Source: an uncultured virus (IMG/VR IMGVR_UViG_3300008259_004339) (Duplodnaviria; Heunggongvirae; Uroviricota; Caudoviricetes). Taken from it: DNA of 64,000 nucleotides. Below, piece after piece: positions 44,660-54,506 of the stretch; the stretch's first letter is position 1; the number at the start of each line of letters is the position of its first letter. A program made the translations under genes and the position numbers. Location: IMG/VR virus record IMGVR_UViG_3300008259_004339, positions 1-64,000 of that record. The stretch is one strand, 5' to 3'. Under the pieces are notes generated by a model. The model saw only the letters and a program-made list of their open reading frames with translations, was not told the DNA's origin and searched no databases.

Positions 44660-45547
44660 ATGTCAACTGAAGAAATTAAAGAAATAAAAAAGAAACGAGT
44701 CAGTTTTAGCCAATATTCTACATTTCTAAAATGTCCCCAAAAGTGGTATTTGGATTATGTTAAGAATCTTCGTGTTAAAGATGATAATATTAATACCACG
44801 TTTGGAACTGCCATTCATCATGCATTTCAAACCTATCTTACATCCTTATATAAGGAAGGGGTAGGTATTGCAGACTCGTTGGATGTAAAGAAGTTATTCT
44901 TAGATAAGTTTAATGAGGAAATCAAAAAGGTAAAAGATGTAAAAGAAGAAGAATTTACCGACTTCATTTTTGATGGTAATGATATTATAGATACATTCTG
45001 TAAATCTGCTAATAGACTCAAATACTTCTCTACCAAAGACTATGAATTGGTTGGTATCGAAATTCCACTAGAAATACCCATTAAAAATAATGTTGAGTTC
45101 GTTGGTTTCATTGATTTGGTATTAAAAGAAAAAAATAAAGAATACTATAAAATCATTGATTTCAAGACATCTAGTAGCGGATGGAACAGTTATATGAAGG
45201 AAGATCCTACTAAGTTAGCGCAATTGCACCTGTATAAAAGTGTTTATAGTAAAAAGTTTAATGTGCCCCTCAATTCAATTGAAGTAGAATTTTTCATTGT
45301 TAAACGTAAACTCTATGAAAACGTATCATTTCCACAAAGTAGAATTCAAGTATTTAAACCAGCTGCCGGACCTGTAATCATAAAGGAATCCATTAACTCT
45401 TTTATTGAATTCTTAGATATTGGATTTAATTCTGATGGAACTTATAACACATCCATAGAATATCCCAAAATCCCAGGCAAAGCCAAGAAAAATTGTAAAT
45501 ATTGCATTCACCACAAAACAAACTGTGATGCCAAGGCTTCTAAATGA
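44660..45547 (+). CDS. PD-(D/E)XK (RecB/Cas4-like) exonuclease
   Basis: SFSQY..FLKCP, FGTAIH, GFIDL, IIDFKTS, QLHLY, C-terminal CKYC...C. Confidence 0.9.
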   Translation: MSTEEIKEIKKKRVSFSQYSTFLKCPQKWYLDYVKNLRVKDDNINTTFGTAIHHAFQTYLTSLYKEGVGIADSLDVKKLFLDKFNEEIKKVKDVKEEEFTDFIFDGNDIIDTFCKSANRLKYFSTKDYELVGIEIPLEIPIKNNVEFVGFIDLVLKEKNKEYYKIIDFKTSSSGWNSYMKEDPTKLAQLHLYKSVYSKKFNVPLNSIEVEFFIVKRKLYENVSFPQSRIQVFKPAAGPVIIKESINSFIEFLDIGFNSDGTYNTSIEYPKIPGKAKKNCKYCIHHKTNCDAKASK

Positions 45548-46542
45548 AAATAGGAATATTTTTAGATAAGTTTTTAAACAATCAACTTCCGAGTTTTTAT
45601 GTTAAAGGCAATGAGTCGTTTTATTTAAAAAATGACAAATTAATGGAAAATACTTTTAAAGTCAAAGAAGCATGGTTTTCTTGGACTGATTGGTGTCAAG
45701 GAATTTTTATAAATTTATCAGAATTTAATTCAGTACCAAAATTTGACTTAGATATTATATTTGTTTGTTTAGAATGGCATACTGATAAAATAGACGAAAT
45801 AAGAAAAGCTTATCCAAATGCTTTAATTTGCGCAATTATAAAAGAACTATATTTTATCTCATCGATTGAAGATCGTATAAAATTTTTTAATAAATGTGAT
45901 CGAATTTTATCAATGTACAAAAATATTAACGTGTCAATGAATTATTCATACAAATTTAATAAAAACGTAGATTGGTTGCCTTGTCCAATTGATGTTTATA
46001 CCTATGAAAAGTTATTTTCAAAACAAAAAAAAGAAGATAAGATTGTAATATATTTGCCTAAATGTACATGGAGACAAGGAGATGCCGAAAAATTCGGTAA
46101 GTTTTTATCGAAAAAATATAATATTGATTATATTAAGTTAGAAACTTCTTCTATGTACGATTTTTTAGATTTAGTATCAAAATATAAATATATCTTGAAT
46201 ATGGATCCTGAACCCCAATTAGGACAACAAACAATATACAACGCGATATTCAAAAATATGACTATTGGCGGATTAAATGATGCAAATAAAATTTTATATC
46301 CAGAGACATCAACCAATGATGTTAATATATTAGAGAATATATTTTGTAAATCTTTAAATGACATTAATTATTTTGATGTTATAGTAAATAAATCGTACAA
46401 ATCAGTAATTGAAACATATTCTTATGAATCAGTCACAAATAGATTTACTAATATTTTAAAGACTTCAAACGAAAAACCTAAAATCAAAACTAATATTAGG
46501 CCTTTAATTTTAAATACGCACGTTACAATAAAAACAATTTAA
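45544..46542 (+). CDS. GT-B-like glycosyltransferase
   Basis: WLPCPIDV, LGQQ motif, similarity to 54503-55450. Confidence 0.55.
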   Translation: MKIGIFLDKFLNNQLPSFYVKGNESFYLKNDKLMENTFKVKEAWFSWTDWCQGIFINLSEFNSVPKFDLDIIFVCLEWHTDKIDEIRKAYPNALICAIIKELYFISSIEDRIKFFNKCDRILSMYKNINVSMNYSYKFNKNVDWLPCPIDVYTYEKLFSKQKKEDKIVIYLPKCTWRQGDAEKFGKFLSKKYNIDYIKLETSSMYDFLDLVSKYKYILNMDPEPQLGQQTIYNAIFKNMTIGGLNDANKILYPETSTNDVNILENIFCKSLNDINYFDVIVNKSYKSVIETYSYESVTNRFTNILKTSNEKPKIKTNIRPLILNTHVTIKTI

Positions 46543-46554
46543 AATAATACAAAA

Positions 46555-46586
46555 ACATATGTACATATATACATATACACATATGT
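46555..46586 (+). repeat. Four tandem 8-bp repeats (ACATATRY), putative operator
   Basis: ACATATGT-ACATATAT-ACATATAC-ACATATGT ending 1 nt before the ATG of the RHH gene. Confidence 0.8.
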
Positions 46587-46587
46587 T

Positions 46588-46806
46588 ATGGACCAAGTTG
46601 TTACTACAGTAAAACTCAATCAAGAGTTATATAATCAATTTAAAGAGCTTAATATTCGTGGTAGAATATCATTTCAAGACTTTGTAAATAAGTGTTTGGA
46701 AAGATATTTGACCGATTCGAATTTTCAAACAGAAATAAGCGAAAGCGTTTGTCAAAAATTAAGTTATAATCAACCATTTCAACTATCTACAAAGGAATCT
46801 AAATGA
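46588..46806 (+). CDS. Ribbon-helix-helix transcriptional regulator
   Basis: TTVKLNQELYNQFKEL...ISFQDFVNKCLERYL, beta-strand plus two helices. Confidence 0.75.
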   Translation: MDQVVTTVKLNQELYNQFKELNIRGRISFQDFVNKCLERYLTDSNFQTEISESVCQKLSYNQPFQLSTKESK

Positions 46807-47357
46807 AGAAGAAAAAAATATTATTATTGAGCGACGATCTAAGAATGCATAGTGGTATCGCAACAATGTCAAGGGAACTTGTCTTAGGCACCGTACAGCA
46901 TTACGATTGGGTGCAAATAGCTGGTGCCATTAAACACCCTGAACAAGGTAAAATCGTTGATATGAAAGAAGCTGTTGATAAACTCAATGGACGAAATGAT
47001 AACTATCTCAGATTATATCCTGTAGATGGTTATGGTGATGAAGAAATTCTATTTCAAATCATGTCTCTAGAAAAACCAGATGCAATTATGCACTTTACAG
47101 ATCCACGTTTCTGGGGATGGTTGTACAATATTGAAAATCAGATTCGTTCTAAAATTCCTCTAACCTACTTAGACATTTGGGACGATCTACCATATCCTAT
47201 GTGGAACAAACCATTTTACAAATGTTGTGACGCATTGTTCGCTATTAGCAAACAAACAGACAATATTAACAAATGGGTACTAGGACCAGAAAATTGTACC
47301 AGTATCTTTGGAGACTTTGACAACAACGGAAACATTATAAAGAAGGAGAACCTATAA
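46803..47357 (+). CDS. GT4-like glycosyltransferase, N-terminal half
   Basis: KILLLSDDLRMHSGIATM, FTDPRFW, IWDDLPYP. Confidence 0.8.
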   Translation: MKKKKILLLSDDLRMHSGIATMSRELVLGTVQHYDWVQIAGAIKHPEQGKIVDMKEAVDKLNGRNDNYLRLYPVDGYGDEEILFQIMSLEKPDAIMHFTDPRFWGWLYNIENQIRSKIPLTYLDIWDDLPYPMWNKPFYKCCDALFAISKQTDNINKWVLGPENCTSIFGDFDNNGNIIKKENL

Positions 47358-47358
47358 T

Positions 47359-48330
47359 ATGCCAGTAAACGGAAAACATCTATTGCATTTGGTGCCACAC
47401 GGTATTAACAGCAATGAATTTAGAGTATTGGAAAAGAATAATCCAGCTGTTCAAAAAATTAAAAAAGAATTGTTGGGTGACGGCGATTATAATTTCATTG
47501 TAGCATTTAATAGTCGAAATGCACATCGTAAACACCCCGCCAATCTTATTCTAGCATTTAGAACATTTTGTGATTCTTTGACAAAAGAAGAAGCTAGTAA
47601 ATGTGCATTGGTAATGCATACTGATAAAGTATGTGAAGCTGGTACAGATTTGGTTGCAACGATTGCGTCGATTTGTCCAGAATACAAGGTCGTATTAAAC
47701 GAATCTCGTTGGTCACCAGACGAAATGTGTGCTTTTTATAACTTAGCCGATGTGTTGTCAAATGTAAGTTCTAATGAAGGATTTGGTTTGAGTGTTGCAG
47801 AAGCTATTATGTGTGGTACACCTGTCATAGCTACTGTAACAGGTGGTCTACAAGATCAACTAGGTATCGTAGATGATAATGGTAATGCAATTGAATTTAA
47901 TTTGGAATTTGGTACAAATGCATCTGGAAAATATACAAATCACGGCAAATGGGCTAAACCAGTATGGCCCAAAGTACAAAATATGCAAGGTAGTCCACCT
48001 ACCCCATATATTATGGATGATTTAACAAATTATTCAGACATTGCAGATGCAATTATGTATTGGTATCTAGCCGGTTCCGAAAAGCGTGAAGAATGTGGAT
48101 TGGAAGGTAGATTGTGGGCAATGAATGAAGGTGGTATTAATGCAAAGAATATGTGCGATCAATTCATCAAAGCAATGGATTTCACTATTGAAAATTTTAA
48201 ACCAACTAAAAAGTTTGATATTTTCACTGAGTATGGTTATGATATTAAGAGTCAACCCAATGGAAAGATGGGTATAGATTTGCATAAAATTAATATTGAT
48301 AAGATCAAACAAGAAGTATCGGCTCTATGA
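47359..48330 (+). CDS. GT4-like glycosyltransferase, C-terminal half
   Basis: VPHGIN, NSRNAHRK, YNLADV, SSNEGFGLSVAEA..CGTPVIATVTGGL. Confidence 0.85.
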   Translation: MPVNGKHLLHLVPHGINSNEFRVLEKNNPAVQKIKKELLGDGDYNFIVAFNSRNAHRKHPANLILAFRTFCDSLTKEEASKCALVMHTDKVCEAGTDLVATIASICPEYKVVLNESRWSPDEMCAFYNLADVLSNVSSNEGFGLSVAEAIMCGTPVIATVTGGLQDQLGIVDDNGNAIEFNLEFGTNASGKYTNHGKWAKPVWPKVQNMQGSPPTPYIMDDLTNYSDIADAIMYWYLAGSEKREECGLEGRLWAMNEGGINAKNMCDQFIKAMDFTIENFKPTKKFDIFTEYGYDIKSQPNGKMGIDLHKINIDKIKQEVSAL

Positions 48331-49019
48331 AGATTCAAGTATTAAAGAACGAAGATTATAAAGAAACAAGTAATTTGCCAAAGAAAGGTACTGATAGAGC
48401 TACTGGTTTTGATGTAATTGTTACAAGTGGCCCAGAGATAATTGGGGAAACATATGATAACGGTGCATACAAACGAGTAGATTATATTCAGTATAAGACC
48501 AATCTTAAACTAGCTGTACAAAAAGAAAAAGTGTTTAGTAATTTTGGTCATACCGATTTAGACTATGACATTCTAGCATTTCCTCGTAGTAGCGTTAGTA
48601 AATATAATTTAGTATTGGCTAATTGTATTGGATTGATCGATGCAGATTATCGTGGAGAAGTATTACTTCGTTTTAAATATCAATGGCAACCAGAAGACTA
48701 TAAAATTAGAACCGATAATCTATTAGAAGGAACTGTAAATTATAGTAAACTCTACAACAAAGGTGATAAGGTTTGTCAACTTAAAGTAACCAAAGTTGAA
48801 AATGTAGAATTTATTCTGGTAGACGAATTAGATTCTACAGATAGAGGTGATGGAGGATTTGGCAGCACCGATGTTAAAAAAAAAGATAACGTAGTGTCTG
48901 AGTCAAGTAGTCCCAATACAATTGAATCATTATATGCAAATTTAAATAAATCGGAAACACCGAAAAAATATAGTCAGTTAATCGCAGAAAGAGACAACAA
49001 TCAATTTAATCAAAAATAA
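48327..49019 (+). CDS. dut: dUTPase
   Basis: ATGFD, PRSS, GLIDADYRGE, DKVCQL, RGDGGFGST. Confidence 0.92.
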   Translation: MKIQVLKNEDYKETSNLPKKGTDRATGFDVIVTSGPEIIGETYDNGAYKRVDYIQYKTNLKLAVQKEKVFSNFGHTDLDYDILAFPRSSVSKYNLVLANCIGLIDADYRGEVLLRFKYQWQPEDYKIRTDNLLEGTVNYSKLYNKGDKVCQLKVTKVENVEFILVDELDSTDRGDGGFGSTDVKKKDNVVSESSSPNTIESLYANLNKSETPKKYSQLIAERDNNQFNQK

Positions 49020-49020
49020 T

Positions 49021-50364
49021 ATGAGCAAACCATTATGTTTAATTTCAGGTCCAGTATTTAATCGAAGTGGATATGGCGATTGGGCTACGACAGTAGCCAA
49101 GAGCTTAATTCGTCAGAACAAATACGATGTTAAAATTGCGCCCACTAGATGGGGAGCGTGTCCAAGCAAACGATTCTTGGAAGATCTAACAGATCCAGAA
49201 GATAAGTTGGTAGCTAATTGCATTCTACAAGGAAACTTGAATAAGCAACCAGAATTGTTTATTCAATTGACCATCCCCGAAGAATTCCAACAAGTTGGAA
49301 AGTACAATATTGGTATGACAGCTGGTATTGAAACAACAATTTCACCTGGAAGTTGGATCGAGGGTATCAATAGAATGGACCTTACAATTGGTCTATCAGA
49401 ACACGTTAAAAAGGTATTCGTGGATACCAAGATGGTCAAGCAACACGAAAATGGTCAAAAAGAACAAATTCAAGTAAATAAACCAATTGAAGTTTGTTTC
49501 TGGGGGGTAGATACCAATGTTTATAAGAAAACCGATCAAACCGTAGAAACTGTCAATGAATCTCTAAGTAAGATTCCAGAAAAGAACGCATTTCTATTTG
49601 TTGGTCAATGGACTCACGGCGGACTATACAATGATCGTAAAGATATTGGAAATCTAATCAAAACATTCTGCACAGCATTCAAGAATAATAATCCAAATGA
49701 TAGACCTTGTTTGATTGTAAAAACAAGTGGCAGTGGATATAGCACAGTTGATCGTTTTGATATGTTGGACAAGATCAAAAGAATCAAAAGTGCATTTGGA
49801 GACAATTGTCCAAACGTATATCTATTGCACGGCGAACTAAGTGACGTTGAAATGAATGCATTGTTAAATCACGAAAAGATTTTAGCGCACGTATCATTTA
49901 CTCACGGTGAAGGATTTGGTCATCCAATGTTACTATCTACATTAAGTGGAAAACCACTACTAGCTCCAAATTGGAGTGGTCAATTGGATTATCTAAATGA
50001 GAAATATGCTAATTTATTGCCAGGTACACTAGTAGATGTAGATCCTAAGTCTGTTAACCAATGGATTCTAAAAGAAAGTAAGTGGTTTAAAGTTTCTTAT
50101 TCTCTAGCAGAAGACAAATTTAAACAATTGTATTTTGCTCGTAAGAGTGATAAGTTTACTAAACCAGCCGAATTACTTCGTGCTGAAAATGAAGAAAAAT
50201 TCAGTTTACAATCGATGGATCAAAAGTTGTGGGGTATACTTGATAAGTATGTACCGAAGTTTGCTACAGAAAATTCATTTGTATTACCCAAATTAAAATC
50301 ACTTAATACATCAGAAAACAAAGAAGAACAAAAGATTGTTCTGCCAAAACTAAAGATGCTATAA
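49021..50364 (+). CDS. GT4-like glycosyltransferase
   Basis: RSGYG, TAGIET, FVGQW...DRKD, THGEGFGHP, WSGQLDY. Confidence 0.85.
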   Translation: MSKPLCLISGPVFNRSGYGDWATTVAKSLIRQNKYDVKIAPTRWGACPSKRFLEDLTDPEDKLVANCILQGNLNKQPELFIQLTIPEEFQQVGKYNIGMTAGIETTISPGSWIEGINRMDLTIGLSEHVKKVFVDTKMVKQHENGQKEQIQVNKPIEVCFWGVDTNVYKKTDQTVETVNESLSKIPEKNAFLFVGQWTHGGLYNDRKDIGNLIKTFCTAFKNNNPNDRPCLIVKTSGSGYSTVDRFDMLDKIKRIKSAFGDNCPNVYLLHGELSDVEMNALLNHEKILAHVSFTHGEGFGHPMLLSTLSGKPLLAPNWSGQLDYLNEKYANLLPGTLVDVDPKSVNQWILKESKWFKVSYSLAEDKFKQLYFARKSDKFTKPAELLRAENEEKFSLQSMDQKLWGILDKYVPKFATENSFVLPKLKSLNTSENKEEQKIVLPKLKML

Positions 50365-50365
50365 T

Positions 50366-51013
50366 ATGTTTCTATCATATCTAGTCACAACGCATAATGA
50401 AACTGATTGTTTGGACGCATTATTGTCTAAATTGACCAGTACTAAAAAAACTAACCACGAAATTGTTTTATTGGATGATTATTCTGATAATCCAACTACA
50501 ATTTCCATTATTGAGAAGTATAAGTCATCTATTAATTTTCAACAAAAGAAATTACAGAATGATTATGGTGCTCATAAAAACTATGGCATTAGTTTATGTA
50601 AAGGTGAATGGATATTTCAAATTGATGCGGATGAATTGCCAACCGATGTTCTTCTTGAAAATATAGATGTATTATTACAATCTAACGCAAACAATGAAAC
50701 ATTGTGGTTACCCCGACTCAACTATTTTGTTGGGGTAACACAAACAGATATTGAAATGTGGGGTTGGAATTATCACGATGGTATGATTAACTTTCCTGAT
50801 TACCAATCCCGTCTTTATAAAAATCTTCCTCATATTAGATACGAACGTAGATTACACGAAAAGGTTGAGGGATATAAGTCTTATGCCTTTATACCTCCTC
50901 AAAAAGATATTGCTTTGATTCATAACAAAACAATTGAAAAACAAAGAGAAACAAATATGAAATATAACAAAAACTTTAGCCTTAATGAAAACAAAGGTTA
51001 TGCTGTAAAATAA
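50366..51013 (+). CDS. GT2 glycosyltransferase
   Basis: VTTHNE, LDDYS, KNYG...WIFQIDADE, FPDYQ.R...LHE. Confidence 0.88.
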   Translation: MFLSYLVTTHNETDCLDALLSKLTSTKKTNHEIVLLDDYSDNPTTISIIEKYKSSINFQQKKLQNDYGAHKNYGISLCKGEWIFQIDADELPTDVLLENIDVLLQSNANNETLWLPRLNYFVGVTQTDIEMWGWNYHDGMINFPDYQSRLYKNLPHIRYERRLHEKVEGYKSYAFIPPQKDIALIHNKTIEKQRETNMKYNKNFSLNENKGYAVK

Positions 51014-51014
51014 T

Positions 51015-51590
51015 ATGACTATTGACGAACTTTTAAAAGATATACCAGATAAATTTGAACATAGTACAACTACAAGTCATAAATTTAAACGTGATGTGTT
51101 TGAGTTTTTTGATAAGCCTGAATTTAAACAAAGTGTTTGTTTGGAAATAGGAGCTAATTTAGGATACTCTACTAGAATTTTAAGCTATTTGTTTAAAGAG
51201 GTAGTAGGTTTTAATTTGGAAAGTGCTAAAGAAGCTATAGAGTTCAATAAACATCGTACAAATGTAAGATATTATACACAAGACGTATATAATACCCAGT
51301 TGCCATTAGATTATGGAGATGTCTTTTTTATCGATGCACAACACACTTATTTTGCAGTTATAGATGATACAATTAGATCTCTTAAATTTAAATCTACAAA
51401 CGGATTAAAGAAGTATTTTATTTATGACGATATTGGAGGATTTCCAGAATTAAAACAGGCTATGGATGATTTGGTTAAAAATGAATACATTAAAATAGTA
51501 AAACCAATTGGTTATAGTCCTGATGAAACTTTTATTAGTAAACTCCCCAAATTAAGTGCTTATGAGGGATATATTTGCGTTGAGGTATAA
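51015..51590 (+). CDS. Class I SAM methyltransferase
   Basis: LEIGANLGYST, FFIDAQHTY..V..D, IYDD. Confidence 0.8.
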   Translation: MTIDELLKDIPDKFEHSTTTSHKFKRDVFEFFDKPEFKQSVCLEIGANLGYSTRILSYLFKEVVGFNLESAKEAIEFNKHRTNVRYYTQDVYNTQLPLDYGDVFFIDAQHTYFAVIDDTIRSLKFKSTNGLKKYFIYDDIGGFPELKQAMDDLVKNEYIKIVKPIGYSPDETFISKLPKLSAYEGYICVEV

Positions 51591-51593
51591 TTT

Positions 51594-52241
51594 ATGAATA
51601 ACATTGAACTAAGAAAAAAATACGGAGATCATCCAGAAAACCCGATATACACCTATCCAGATCATTATTTTGCTAATAAAGATGGATTCACTATTCACAT
51701 CACAAATTGGTTGACATTTTTATCAAAATTTGAAAATGCTCCCAATCTTCAATTTTTAGAAATAGGCACTGGAAACGGTAGATCCGCCGTGTGGACTTTG
51801 GAAAATATTTTAACACATCCAACTTCCAAATTAACAACTGTTGATATAACAGAAAATCTACATTACAAAAAAGGTGCTTCGTTTAAAGGAATGGTATTGG
51901 AAGAAGACATACTGGTATCGGTTAGACAAAATTTACAGCCTTATATAGATCAAAATAAATGTGAATATGTTTTGGAAGATTCAAAATTATTTTTAAAAAA
52001 ATTCAATCCAAATGTGGATAAAATTCTAGATTTTGTTTATATTGATGGCAGTCACGAACCAGATCACGTAATTTATGAATCTTGTCTGTGTTTTGAAATG
52101 TTAAAGCCAGGAGGATATATGTTATTTGATGATTATGGTTGGGGAAATTGTAGATATGGAATAGAATCTTTCTTATTGTGTTATCAAAACAAAATAAAAG
52201 TATTACATAAAAACTGGCAAGTACTGGTAGAAAAATTATAA
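51594..52241 (+). CDS. Class I SAM methyltransferase
   Basis: LEIGTGNGRSA, FVYIDGSH, LKPGGYMLFDDY. Confidence 0.88.
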   Translation: MNNIELRKKYGDHPENPIYTYPDHYFANKDGFTIHITNWLTFLSKFENAPNLQFLEIGTGNGRSAVWTLENILTHPTSKLTTVDITENLHYKKGASFKGMVLEEDILVSVRQNLQPYIDQNKCEYVLEDSKLFLKKFNPNVDKILDFVYIDGSHEPDHVIYESCLCFEMLKPGGYMLFDDYGWGNCRYGIESFLLCYQNKIKVLHKNWQVLVEKL

Positions 52242-52245
52242 TGTT

Positions 52246-52803
52246 ATGAGTAAATATGGATTATTAGACCCAGGAACATGCATACCAGTATTAGAAGTTG
52301 CATTTGCAGTATACCAAATAAATTCGGTATTGGAATTTGGATGTGGTATATGGAGTACTGGTTGTTTTGTTAGAAATAGCAAACAGACCACATCTATCGA
52401 AAATGTAGAAGAATGGGTGAAATTTGTAAAACAAGAATACAGTCACAAAAATAATTTGGATGTTGTTCATTATACAAAACCAATGAATGAATACTTCAAT
52501 GAAACTAAAGAAAATTATGATCTAATTTTTATAGATGGAAATGACCGAAAAGAATGTTTACAATCCGCATTTTATAGAAGTCCAATAATTGTTTGTCACG
52601 ATATGCATACCAACGAATTCAAATGGCAATCAGTTAAGGTTCCAAGTGATTATAATCTGATGTTATATACAGGATGTGAACCTTATATAACAGGCATATT
52701 TGGACATAAAGATATATTCTTAAAAGAAAATTTACTGAATAGAAAAAATTATAAACACAAAAACACATATATCGACGAATCTTTTTGGGTAATGGGAAAT
52801 TAA
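52246..52803 (+). CDS. Class I SAM methyltransferase-like protein
   Basis: VLEFGCGIWST, YDLIFIDG, VCHD. Confidence 0.75.
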   Translation: MSKYGLLDPGTCIPVLEVAFAVYQINSVLEFGCGIWSTGCFVRNSKQTTSIENVEEWVKFVKQEYSHKNNLDVVHYTKPMNEYFNETKENYDLIFIDGNDRKECLQSAFYRSPIIVCHDMHTNEFKWQSVKVPSDYNLMLYTGCEPYITGIFGHKDIFLKENLLNRKNYKHKNTYIDESFWVMGN

Positions 52804-52809
52804 AAATAT

Positions 52810-53532
52810 ATGAAAAACGTAATAATATTTCAAGATTTCGTTGACACTATCACATATGGTAGAAATTATAAAATTGAAGAGTTGTATAAATACTTTCGTG
52901 CGCAAATTGATAATAGTTTAAGATTTGGTTGGAGTCCCAGTGATATCGTAGTTGTTACCAATTTGGACTTCTCTTATAAAGATGTCACTATTATCAAAAC
53001 AAATAGATTGTGTAGATACAATAGATATTTTAATAAACAATATGGAATTTGTGAATTATTAGAAGAAAACTTAATTGATGATGATTTTTGGTTTCACGAT
53101 TTTGATGATTGGCAAATTAACAAATTTGAATTTCCAAAATTTGACGGTGTAATTGGTATGGCAAAGTATATAAATAACACACAGTGGAACACAGGATCAA
53201 TTTTTATAAAAAAGTCAAGTGTTAATATTTGGAGACTAATTGTTGATTTTATGGATGCCAATAAAGATCTTCTCAAAAATCACGGAGATGAAAACATAGT
53301 TAATTATGTTTATGGTCAATATTTTAACGAACTCAGTCCATTCTTTTCTCATCTAAATACCAAATACAATGTTGGTGTAACCGGATTTCAGTATAGATAT
53401 GATATGGCAGAAAAACCAGTGTGTATATTGGCATTTAAACCAGACGATTCTGTTGGGTATAATTTAATGTTAAATAATAACTTGATTGATACCGAATTAC
53501 AGAGTATATTTGTTGAACATAAACTAGTATGA
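52810..53532 (+). CDS. GT-A (GT8-like) glycosyltransferase
   Basis: WFHDFDDW, WNTGSIF, DE, LNTKYNV. Confidence 0.6.
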   Translation: MKNVIIFQDFVDTITYGRNYKIEELYKYFRAQIDNSLRFGWSPSDIVVVTNLDFSYKDVTIIKTNRLCRYNRYFNKQYGICELLEENLIDDDFWFHDFDDWQINKFEFPKFDGVIGMAKYINNTQWNTGSIFIKKSSVNIWRLIVDFMDANKDLLKNHGDENIVNYVYGQYFNELSPFFSHLNTKYNVGVTGFQYRYDMAEKPVCILAFKPDDSVGYNLMLNNNLIDTELQSIFVEHKLV

Positions 53533-54506
53533 TCGTTCAGAATAAATATGCAATCGGTGTACACGTAATGTTCTATGAGATAGAAATGTTGTCTTCATAT
53601 GTGGATGGATTATTGAATCTATTGTCAACTGTAGATAATAAAGAAAATGTTTTAATAGACTTTGCATTTAATGTTTCACAATTCTTCGAAACTATTGATA
53701 CCTCTAAAATAACAAAAGAAGAATTGATAAATAAATTCACAATTCAAGTAAATAGAGTAAAAAACGCTACATTTACTATAGTAGATAATGATGATTCATT
53801 TTATACTCAGACTAACTACCGTAGAGAATTTAATACCAAGTATAGTTACTTAGTTGATTATTTAATCTGGGGAGAAACTGATAGTTTATTTCCAAAAGAA
53901 GCTATTGTATCTTTGGAACAACTAACACCTGTAGTTAGAAAACAAGGATTATATAGATTTATAGCTTGTTTTGCTGATAGAAAACTATGGGACAACAGTT
54001 GGGATGTTACTGTACATCCTAAATTTATAAATCATAAATATGATGATAAAGATGTAGATAATATCAATCAGGCCAAATCTTGTATGTCAATCGAACAAAT
54101 GAATTTGATTAATTCAGAAATAAAAGAAATTGATGTACAAACTATTAATTATCCAAAGATTGATGGTTCTTGTTTGGTGCTAACATCAGATTTAATTAAG
54201 AGCGGTGTTAATATACCACCTTGCTTTATTCATAATGACGATGAAAGTTTATCAATGATGGCACAAAAAATACTAGGAACAAATTATTTACAAATAGTAT
54301 TTAAAAACGTCTTGAAGGTTCACGCTCGTAGACATCCAAATAAACGTATGTATATTGCGAATGAAAACAACCCCAGAGGATTTTGTGGAAAAGAAAAGGG
54401 AGATTGGTGGCAAGTTTTTAAGCAAATGTCACAGCACAATCTAAATACGCTTTTTAATAATACCGGCAAGTTTTATACATACGAAGACTTTAAGAAGAAT
54501 ATATGA
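53529..54506 (+). CDS. GT-A-like glycosyltransferase
   Basis: YRREFN...IWGETDS, DGSCLV, HNDD. Confidence 0.6.
   Translation: MIVQNKYAIGVHVMFYEIEMLSSYVDGLLNLLSTVDNKENVLIDFAFNVSQFFETIDTSKITKEELINKFTIQVNRVKNATFTIVDNDDSFYTQTNYRREFNTKYSYLVDYLIWGETDSLFPKEAIVSLEQLTPVVRKQGLYRFIACFADRKLWDNSWDVTVHPKFINHKYDDKDVDNINQAKSCMSIEQMNLINSEIKEIDVQTINYPKIDGSCLVLTSDLIKSGVNIPPCFIHNDDESLSMMAQKILGTNYLQIVFKNVLKVHARRHPNKRMYIANENNPRGFCGKEKGDWWQVFKQMSQHNLNTLFNNTGKFYTYEDFKKNI

Noticed and set aside
44660..45547. Cas4 / CRISPR-Cas system
   Set aside because: No repeat-spacer array or other cas genes; stand-alone PD-(D/E)XK nucleases are normal beside phage replication genes
46555..46586. CRISPR array
   Set aside because: 8-bp contiguous repeats with no spacers
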